Shown here: positions 50,602 to 57,919 of the stretch, piece after piece | Numbering within the stretch: position 1 is the first letter of the stretch | How the letters are laid out: each line of letters begins with the position of its first letter | Source: Burkholderiales bacterium | GTDB taxonomy: Bacteria; Pseudomonadota; Gammaproteobacteria; Burkholderiales; SG8-41 | Direction of reading: 5' to 3' | DNA length: 59,325 nucleotides | Assembly (NCBI GenBank): GCA_041629335.1 | Contig: JBFKNN010000002.1 | Span: 1-59,325 of the forward strand | Position numbers and translations under genes: made by a program | Notes under the pieces: generated by a model | The model's input: the letters and a program-made list of their open reading frames with translations, nothing else | Told to the model about the DNA's origin: nothing | The model's database searches: none

Positions 50602-51807
50602 TCAGATGACTTTCTGCGCGCGCAGTTCCGCAACGCGCCCGTCGGAGAGCTCCAGGTCCTCGCGCAGCACCTGCTCGGTGTGCTGGCCGAGCGTCGGTGG
50701 CGCGCGGCGCACCGCCGCCGGTGTCGCGCTGAAACGGAACGGAATGCCGACCATCTTCAGGTCGCCCGCCGTCGGGTGCTTGACGGTGCGCACCATCTCG
50801 CGCGCCGCGGTGTGCTCGGCGTTGAGCGCCTGCGCCACGCTGTTGATGCGCCCGCAAGGAATGCCGGCTGCGGTGAGCTTCGCGAGCCAGGCTTCGGCGC
50901 CCTGCTCCTTGAGCACGCCAGCAACCATGTCATCCAGCGCCTCACGGTTCGCGATACGGTTCGAGTTCTTGACGTAGCGCGGATCGGTCGCCCACTCGGG
51001 CCGGCCGAGCGCCGCCGCGAACTTGCCGAACTGCGCGTCGTTCCCGACGGAGACCGCGATCATGTCGTCCCGCGTCGGGTACGCGGTGTAGGGCACGATA
51101 TTGGGATGCCCGTTGCCGAAGCGCCGCGCGTCCTTGCCGGAGACGAGGTAGTTGGACGCGACGTTGGCGAGCATCGCCAGGCTCGAATCGAACAGCGACA
51201 CCTCGACATGCTGGCCGCGCCCGGTGCGGTGGCGCGCGTTCAATGCGGCGAGAATCGAATTGCACGCGAGCATGCCGGTGCAAATATCAACGATGGCGAC
51301 GCCGTACTTCATCGGCGTGCCATCGGCCTCGCCGCAGATGCTCATCAGCCCCGATTCGGCCTGCAGGATGAAGTCGTAGCCGGGAAGCTTCGCCTTGGGG
51401 CCGGTCGAGCCGTAACCGGTGATCGAGCAGCGGATGACGCGCGGCGCGTTGGTCTCGAGCCAATCGTTGCCGAAGCCCCATTTTTCGAGGGTGCCGACCT
51501 TGAAATTCTCGACCACCACGTCGCTCTTGCGGATGAGCTGCGCGAGAATCTCCTGGCCCGGCTTCGCCGCCATGTTGAGCGTGATCGAGCGCTTGTTGCG
51601 GTTCACCCCGAGGTAATAGGCCGATTCGCCGTTGGCGAACGGCGGCCCCCACGTGCGGGTATCGTCGCCGGTGCCCACCGGCTCGACCTTGACCACGTCC
51701 GCGCCCATGTCGCCCAGCATCATCGTGCATAGCGGGCCGGCGAGGATGCGCGTGAGATCGAGAACGCGTATGCCCTCAAGCGCGCCGTCGTTGCTGTCAG
51801 CGGCCAT
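50602..51807 (-). CDS. Family III (CaiB/BaiF) CoA-transferase
   Basis: GIRVLDLTRILAGPLCTMMLGDMGADVVKVE, a full-length pattern. Confidence 0.92.
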   Translation of the reverse strand: MAADSNDGALEGIRVLDLTRILAGPLCTMMLGDMGADVVKVEPVGTGDDTRTWGPPFANGESAYYLGVNRNKRSITLNMAAKPGQEILAQLIRKSDVVVENFKVGTLEKWGFGNDWLETNAPRVIRCSITGYGSTGPKAKLPGYDFILQAESGLMSICGEADGTPMKYGVAIVDICTGMLACNSILAALNARHRTGRGQHVEVSLFDSSLAMLANVASNYLVSGKDARRFGNGHPNIVPYTAYPTRDDMIAVSVGNDAQFGKFAAALGRPEWATDPRYVKNSNRIANREALDDMVAGVLKEQGAEAWLAKLTAAGIPCGRINSVAQALNAEHTAAREMVRTVKHPTAGDLKMVGIPFRFSATPAAVRRAPPTLGQHTEQVLREDLELSDGRVAELRAQKVI

Positions 51808-51849
51808 CCCGTCTCCTGAAGGAAAAGCTGTTTGCGGGTTCGGTACGAA

Positions 51850-52755
51850 TCAACGCTTGCGGCGCATCGACGGTGGCGCGTTGAGATCCCGCTCGCAGCC
51901 GTCGATATACCGCGCGAGCTCGCGCTTGTCGCGCAGGCGGAACTTCTGGAAGTTCGGCTTGCGCCCGGCGAGGAACGCGTCCATGCCCTCCTTCGCCTCC
52001 TCCGAGCCCCACACGTGCGCCAGCAGCTCCATGCCGTGCTGCCAAGACGAGTACAGGTTGTCGGACTCGAAGTTGAGCGACTTCTTGGTCATGCGGATGG
52101 TGAGTGCACTGTGGCCCTTCATGGTCTTGCACCACTTGAGCGTTTCCTTGAGCAGGTCTTCTTGCGGCACGCACTTGTTGATGAGCCCGACCTCGACCGC
52201 CTCCCGCGCGGTGAAGCGGCGCGCGCAGAAGATCATTTCGCGCGCCAGGCGCTCGCCGATGATGCGGGGAATGTACTGGGTCGCCCCCACGGTGGGACAC
52301 GCGCCGACTTTTGCGCCGGTCTGGCCCAGCACGGCATTCTCGGAAGCGATCACGAGATCGCACCACAGGGCGAGCTCGTGGCCGCCGCCCATGCACCAGC
52401 CGTTGACCATCGCGATCACCGGGATCGGCAGGCCGCGGATCGTCATCGCGAGACCCAGCATGCGGTCGTTCCACATGTAGGCATTGGTGAAATTGAGCCG
52501 CTTCATCGCGTAGAAGTCGCCGCCTGCGGAGAACGCCTTGTCGCCGGCGCCGGTCACCACCGCGCACACGATCGAGGGATCCTCGCGCGTGGACTTGAGC
52601 GCCTCGATGATCTGATCCAGCGTCTGCTCGCGAAACGCGTTGAGCACGCGCGGGCGGTTGATGGTCACCCACGCGACCTGGTCCTTCACCTCGTACAGGA
52701 TGTCGGAGTATTTCCGCTTTGTGGACTTCGTCGATTTTCTCTTGCTGGCAGGCAT
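51850..52755 (-). CDS. Crotonase-superfamily enoyl-CoA hydratase/isomerase-like enzyme
   Basis: VTINRPRVLNAF, AFSAGGDF, NGWCMGGGHELALWCD. Start is the internal ATG 52755 of ORF 51850..52917. Confidence 0.88.
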   Translation of the reverse strand: MPASKRKSTKSTKRKYSDILYEVKDQVAWVTINRPRVLNAFREQTLDQIIEALKSTREDPSIVCAVVTGAGDKAFSAGGDFYAMKRLNFTNAYMWNDRMLGLAMTIRGLPIPVIAMVNGWCMGGGHELALWCDLVIASENAVLGQTGAKVGACPTVGATQYIPRIIGERLAREMIFCARRFTAREAVEVGLINKCVPQEDLLKETLKWCKTMKGHSALTIRMTKKSLNFESDNLYSSWQHGMELLAHVWGSEEAKEGMDAFLAGRKPNFQKFRLRDKRELARYIDGCERDLNAPPSMRRKR

Positions 52756-52915
52756 TGCTTCCCCCGGTCTGGCGCTGTCGTGATTTGAAAAAGGAGCCTG
52801 TGAGTTTACCAGATCGACACCGGCGTGATTGACACGGCCCGGGGCGCCGACTATCGTCAGCACGAAACACGGCCCGATTCGCAATCGCCGTTTGTCAAAG
52901 TAGGGGAGACCCATC

Positions 52916-53884
52916 ATGCGCCTCGTTCCAGCCCTGCAGGCCCTGCTGCTCGCGCTCGTCGCCGCCCACGGCGCCGCGGCCCAGTCCTATCCGGTGAAGC
53001 CGATCCGCATCATCGTGCCGTTTGCCGCGGGTGGCCCTACCGACACGCATTCGCGCTGGGCGGGGCAGCAGATCACTGCCGCACTCGGCCAGCAGGTGAT
53101 CGTCGACAACCGCGGCGGGGCGGGCGGGGTGATCGGCACTGAAGCCGCGGCCAAGGCCGCGCCCGACGGCTACACGCTGCTCGGGGGCAATCCGGGGCCG
53201 CTCACCATCGCGCCGAGCGTGCGCAAGCAGCTCAACTACGATCCGTCGAAGGACTTTGCGCCGATCACGTTGATCGCGCGCAGCGCAAGCTGCATGTGCG
53301 CGCACCCCAGCGTGCCGGTCAAGGGCCTGCGGGATTTCATCGCGCTGGCGAGGGCGAATCCGGACAAGATCAACTACGCGACACCCGGGATCGGCACCGT
53401 CGGCCACCTCGGCACCGAGCTCTTCTCCACAATGGCAGGAATCAAGATGAACATGGTGCCGTACAAGGGCGCGGCGCTCTATCTCATCGATCTGCTCGCC
53501 GGGAACATCGATTTTGCCTACGTGCAGATATTCCAGGCCACCCCGCACGTGCGCGCGGGCAAGCTGCGCGCCCTTGCGGTCACCGCGGCCGAGCGCTCGC
53601 CGCTGCTGCCGGAGATCGCGACCGCCGCCGAGCAGGGCGTCAAGGGATTTTCCAGCTACAACTGGAACGGCATCCTCGCGCCGGCCGGCACCCCGCCCGC
53701 GGTGATCGAGCGCCTGCACGCCGTGCTCGCCAAGCCGCTCACGGACCCGGCCGTGCGCAAGCAGCTCCAGGATGTCGGCTACGAGGTGGCGGGCGACGGC
53801 CCCGGTGAGTTCGCCACGTTCATGCGCGCCGAGACCGAAAAGTGGGCAGACGTGGCGAAGAAAGCCGGCATTCCTAAACAATGA
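52916..53884 (+). CDS. Bug-family (TctC-like) substrate-binding protein
   Basis: Signal peptide MRLVPALQALLLALVAAHGAAAQ, then SYPVKPIRIIVPFAAGGPTD. Confidence 0.9.
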   Translation: MRLVPALQALLLALVAAHGAAAQSYPVKPIRIIVPFAAGGPTDTHSRWAGQQITAALGQQVIVDNRGGAGGVIGTEAAAKAAPDGYTLLGGNPGPLTIAPSVRKQLNYDPSKDFAPITLIARSASCMCAHPSVPVKGLRDFIALARANPDKINYATPGIGTVGHLGTELFSTMAGIKMNMVPYKGAALYLIDLLAGNIDFAYVQIFQATPHVRAGKLRALAVTAAERSPLLPEIATAAEQGVKGFSSYNWNGILAPAGTPPAVIERLHAVLAKPLTDPAVRKQLQDVGYEVAGDGPGEFATFMRAETEKWADVAKKAGIPKQ

Positions 53885-53910
53885 AGGGTATGGAGGAATG
53901 ACGGGGGACG

Positions 53911-54014
53911 GCTCGCCAATCGCTAATCGCCAATCGCTAATCGCCACTCGCTAATCGCCAATCGCCAATCGCTAATCGCTAATCGCTAATCGCTAATCGC
54001 CAATCGCTAATCAC
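53911..54014. repeat. Tandem array of about 15 heptamers (AATCGCY)n
   Basis: Counted by hand: 13 units matching AATCGCC, AATCGCT or ACTCGCT, plus degenerate end units. Intergenic, ending 17 nt before ATG 54031. Confidence 0.95.
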
Positions 54015-54030
54015 AGATTTGGAACCAAGA

Positions 54031-55200
54031 ATGCCAGAGCAAAAAGACCCCGCCTACTTCATGTACTTTCCCGGCAACTACCGCTGGTCGGCCGCGTTCA
54101 TCAACATGCTGGGCAGCGTCGCTTATGGCGGCGCCGAGATCGGCGAGCTGCACAAGATCGGCCGCATGCTGAAGGGCAAGGCGGCCAACGACGACGCGGC
54201 CTGGTTCGACGCGTGCGCCAAAGTCGCCGACGGCGTGCGCGCCTATGCCGAGAAGTGGGACAAGGCGGGGCACCGCTACGCGGCCGCGCACGCCTATCTG
54301 CGCGCGTGCAATTACTACCAGATGGCCGAGCGTTTCCGCACTCCGAAGGATGAGACCGGGCTCGACATCTACCGGCGGGGCGTGAAGTGCTTCCATCGCC
54401 ACGCCGCTCTCACCGACTTGAGGATCGAAGTCGTCGAAGTGCCGTACGAGAACGGCAGTCTCCCGGGCTACTTCGTGCACGCTCAGAACGCGAAGTCGAA
54501 GCGCGCACCCTGCGTGGTGTTCTTCGACGGGCTCGACGTCACCAAGGAGATCCAGTTCGTCCGGGGCGTCTCCGATCTGATCAAACGCGGTATCTCGTGC
54601 CTGGTGATGGACGGCCCGGGCACCGGCGAGGCGATCCGCTTCCGCGGCTACGTTCTGCGGCACGATTACGAGGCCGCCGGCAGCGCCTGCGTCGACTTCC
54701 TCGAGAAACGCAGCGACGTCGACCCGAAGAAGATCGGGGTCGTCGCGATCAGCCTGGGCGGCTACTACGCCCCTCGCTGCGCGGCGATGGAGCCGCGCTT
54801 CGCGGCGTGCATCGCGTGGGGCGCGCAGTGGGACTACTACGCCACGTGGAAGAAGCGCATCGATGCTTCCTTCAAGACCTCCCTTTCCGTCCCGGGCCAC
54901 CACATCATGTGGATTCTGGGCGTCGATTCGCTGGACGCGGCATTGAAGGCGCTCGAGCCGTACAAGCTCGACGGCGTGATGCAGAAGATGCGCTGCCCGT
55001 TCCTGCTCGTGCACGGCGCCGACGATGAGCAGATACCCTTGGCCGACGCGCAGAAGCAGTTCGACGCGTGCGGCTCCAAGGACAAGACCTTCCGCGTCTA
55101 CACCGCCGAGGAAGGCGGGGCCCAGCACTGCCAGCGCGATTATCTGACGCTGGTCGTCGCCGACATGTGGAACTGGTTCGACGAGAAGCTCAACCGCTGA
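54031..55200 (+). CDS. Alpha/beta-fold hydrolase
   Basis: Nucleophile elbow VVAISLGGYYA and LLVHGADDEQIP. Start at ATG 54031 rather than the TTG 54019 used by the track. Confidence 0.8.
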   Translation: MPEQKDPAYFMYFPGNYRWSAAFINMLGSVAYGGAEIGELHKIGRMLKGKAANDDAAWFDACAKVADGVRAYAEKWDKAGHRYAAAHAYLRACNYYQMAERFRTPKDETGLDIYRRGVKCFHRHAALTDLRIEVVEVPYENGSLPGYFVHAQNAKSKRAPCVVFFDGLDVTKEIQFVRGVSDLIKRGISCLVMDGPGTGEAIRFRGYVLRHDYEAAGSACVDFLEKRSDVDPKKIGVVAISLGGYYAPRCAAMEPRFAACIAWGAQWDYYATWKKRIDASFKTSLSVPGHHIMWILGVDSLDAALKALEPYKLDGVMQKMRCPFLLVHGADDEQIPLADAQKQFDACGSKDKTFRVYTAEEGGAQHCQRDYLTLVVADMWNWFDEKLNR

Positions 55201-55254
55201 CGGCATCACCGCGAACGCATCGCCCGGCTGCCGGGGAGGAGCGGGCGCGGCACT

Positions 55255-55280
55255 TCATCACTCATCACTCATCACTCACC
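55255..55280. repeat. Heptamer array (TCATCAC)x3 plus a partial unit, directly upstream of the CocE/NonD gene start
   Basis: Read directly. Ends 6 nt before ATG 55287, and no purine-rich Shine-Dalgarno is visible. Confidence 0.85.
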
Positions 55281-55286
55281 TCCGCT

Positions 55287-57032
55287 ATGAGCACCTACAA
55301 GAGCGAAGTTCGCGACGGCATGCGCATCGACTGGGACGTGCCGGTCACCATGGACGACGGCCTGGTGCTCCGCGCCGACGTATTCCGCCCGATCACCCCC
55401 GGGCGCTACCCGGCGCTGGTGAGTTACGGCCCGTATGGCAAGGGGCTCGCGTTCCAGGAGGGCTACAAGACCGCCTGGGACATCATGGCGCGCGACAACC
55501 CCGACGCCGTCAGCGGCACCACCAACCAGTACGCCAACTGGGAAGTGGCCGATCCGGAGAAGTGGGTGCCCGACGGTTACGCCTGCGTGCGCGTGGATTC
55601 GCGCGGCGCGGGGCGCTCTCCAGGCTACCTCAATCACAACAACGCGCGCGAAAACCGCGACTTCGCCAACTGCATCGAGTGGGTCGCTAAGCAGTCGTGG
55701 TGCGACGGCAAGGTGGGGCTCAACGGGATCTCGTACTACGCGAGCAGCCAGTGGCGCGCCGCGGCGCTCAATCCGCCGCATCTGGCCGCGATCTGTGTCT
55801 GGGAAGGGTGGGTGGATTATTACCGCGATTCGGTGCGCCACGGCGGCATCGCCTGCACCTTCCGCAAGAACTGGCAGGAGATGCAGGTGAAGACGGTGCA
55901 GCACGGCCGCGGCGAGCGCGGGCCGAAGAGCCGCGTTACCGGCGAGCTGGTATGCGGGCCGGAAACGCTGCCCGAAGAGGAGCTCGCGAAGAACCGCGCC
56001 GACATGTGGGTAGGCGTGCTCGAGCATCCGCTCGCCAACGACGACTACTATCGCCAGCGCACCGCCGATCTCTCGAAGATCACCGTGCCGCTGCTGTCGG
56101 CGGCCAACTGGGGCGGCCAGGGCCTGCATCCGCGCGGCAATTTCGAGGGGTTCGTGCGCGCGGCCTCGCGCGAGAAATGGCTGGAAGTGCACGGCGGCTC
56201 GCACTGGGCGCCGTTCTACACCGACTGGGGCGTCAGGCTCCAGAAACGCTTCTTCGACTACTTCCTCAAGGGCGAGCAGAACGGCTGGGACAAGCAGCCG
56301 CGCGTCACGCTCAAGGTGCGGCACCCGGGCGAGAAGTTCGTCGAGCGCCACGAGAACGAGTGGCCGCTCGCCCGCACGCAGTGGACACGCTACTACCTCG
56401 ACCCTCGCAGCAAGTCTCTGTCAGTGAAGCCGCCGGAGGCCGACGCGCCGGTGAGCTACGACGCGATGGGCGATGGCGTCACCTTCTCCACGCCGCCGCT
56501 CGAGCAGCCGACCGAGATCACCGGCCCCTCGGCACTGAAGCTCTTCCTTTCCTCCTCCACCGCCGACGCCGACATCTTCGCCGTGCTGCGGGTGTTCGAT
56601 CCGCAGGGCAAGGAGCTCGTGTTCCAGGGCGCGCTCGACCCGCACACCCCGATCGCACAGGGGTGGCTGCGCGCCTCGCACCGCAAGCTCGATCCGAAGC
56701 TCACCCTGCCGTACCGCCCGTATCACACGCACGACGAGAAGCAGCCGCTCAAACCCGGCGAGGTCTACGAACTCGACGTGGAGATCTGGCCGACCTGCAT
56801 CGTCGTGCCGGCGGGCTGGCGCATCGCGCTCACCATCCGCGGCAAGGACTACGAGTACGGGGGCGAGGCCGCGACGCTGTCGAACATGAAAAACCCGATG
56901 CGCGGCTGCGGGCCGTTCGTGCACGACGATCCCACCGACCGTCCGGTGGAGGTGTTCGGCGGCAAGGTGACGCTGCATTGCGGCGCGGGGCGGGAGGCGT
57001 TCTTGCTACTGCCGGTGATTCCGGGCAAGTGA
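55287..57032 (+). CDS. CocE/NonD-family (S15 X-Pro dipeptidyl-peptidase-like) hydrolase
   Basis: MSTYKSEVRDGMRIDWDVPVTMDDGLVLRADVFRP..., RVDSRGAGRSPG, GLNGISYYASSQW. Start is the internal ATG of ORF 55068..57032. Confidence 0.88.
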   Translation: MSTYKSEVRDGMRIDWDVPVTMDDGLVLRADVFRPITPGRYPALVSYGPYGKGLAFQEGYKTAWDIMARDNPDAVSGTTNQYANWEVADPEKWVPDGYACVRVDSRGAGRSPGYLNHNNARENRDFANCIEWVAKQSWCDGKVGLNGISYYASSQWRAAALNPPHLAAICVWEGWVDYYRDSVRHGGIACTFRKNWQEMQVKTVQHGRGERGPKSRVTGELVCGPETLPEEELAKNRADMWVGVLEHPLANDDYYRQRTADLSKITVPLLSAANWGGQGLHPRGNFEGFVRAASREKWLEVHGGSHWAPFYTDWGVRLQKRFFDYFLKGEQNGWDKQPRVTLKVRHPGEKFVERHENEWPLARTQWTRYYLDPRSKSLSVKPPEADAPVSYDAMGDGVTFSTPPLEQPTEITGPSALKLFLSSSTADADIFAVLRVFDPQGKELVFQGALDPHTPIAQGWLRASHRKLDPKLTLPYRPYHTHDEKQPLKPGEVYELDVEIWPTCIVVPAGWRIALTIRGKDYEYGGEAATLSNMKNPMRGCGPFVHDDPTDRPVEVFGGKVTLHCGAGREAFLLLPVIPGK

Positions 57033-57059
57033 CGCGGGACGGGTTTTTTACCGTAGGGT

Positions 57060-57161
57060 GCGGCTTTAGCGCACCGCCTCGCACCGCCTAACACCGTCTC
57101 GCTTCGTCCCGCCGCGGCTGCGTCGCCATGACACCATGTCCAATCGGTGCGCTAAAGCCGC
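57060..57161. repeat. 17-bp perfect inverted repeat GCGGCTTTAGCGCACCG / CGGTGCGCTAAAGCCGC separated by 68 nt (REP-like)
   Basis: Read directly in the gap downstream of the CocE/NonD gene. Confidence 0.7.
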
Positions 57162-57332
57162 GCCCGGTACGGGCTCGAAGTTGCCCATCAGGCCAGTGTC
57201 CGTCTTCGGGCGGCAGATCACCCTGCCCGTTGCCGCGTCACAAGTGATTTTCTTCACGGACAACCAGGCAGTCAGCATGTAGACTCGATCCGTCGAACCG
57301 AGTATCGGCCGGCAATCCGGCCGGAGGGCGAG

Positions 57333-57626
57333 ATGGATCGCGGCGCAGTGCTGGCGAAGACCGGGAAGGGTATCGAGGAAATAAAATCCCGCGCGCACGG
57401 ATTACCGGTAAAGGTGCGTGCGCTCCTCATCATGGCCGACGGCCGCAAGACCGTGGACGAGCTCGTCGAAAAACTCGGCGGGACCGCCGAAATCGAGATC
57501 GGTCTGCAATCCCTGATAGACCAGGGCTACGTCGAAATGGCGGTCAGTCCGGCCCCCAAAGCGAAAGAAGCCGCAGACTCCCCGCGCGACAACTCCCTCG
57601 ACAACATCGATCTCGGCGGCGGCTGA
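57333..57626 (+). CDS. Hypothetical small protein (97 aa)
   Basis: ATG is preceded by GGAGGG. Balanced composition (KTGKGIEEIKSRAHGLPVKVRALLIMADGRKTVDELV). No family recognised. Confidence 0.4.
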   Translation: MDRGAVLAKTGKGIEEIKSRAHGLPVKVRALLIMADGRKTVDELVEKLGGTAEIEIGLQSLIDQGYVEMAVSPAPKAKEAADSPRDNSLDNIDLGGG

Positions 57627-57919
57627 CCGATCCGCGCCCCGGGGCGATCGACAGAAGAATCGATCCCGCGCATTTCCGCCGTTCCCGCCTGCCGCAGCCA
57701 TTGCACGCCGACCCAAGCCGTGCAGCGCTCGCGTTACGTCACCTTGTCGGTTCTTTACTGACCAATCGATGGGGTCACACTCGATTGATTCCGTTGATGT
57801 CAGCCGAGCTGCTGCACCGGTAACTCGACTCCGGATGCTCGAAGAGGCAACTTCAGGGTCGCAGTAACTTTTTCAGGTTACGAAAATCTTACACTGACGC
57901 CACTCTTCCTCCGCTCCGC

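Noticed and set aside
53911-54014. Heptamer arrays as a possible CRISPR array
   Set aside because: The units are 7 nt and directly abutting with no spacers, and no cas genes are present. This is simple tandem-repeat architecture.
57306-57323. Small hairpin CGGCCGG-CAAT-CCGGCCG just before the ribosome-binding site of the 97-aa ORF
   Set aside because: It is a short GC palindrome of a kind frequent by chance at this base composition. It does not include the Shine-Dalgarno, and there is no supporting context.
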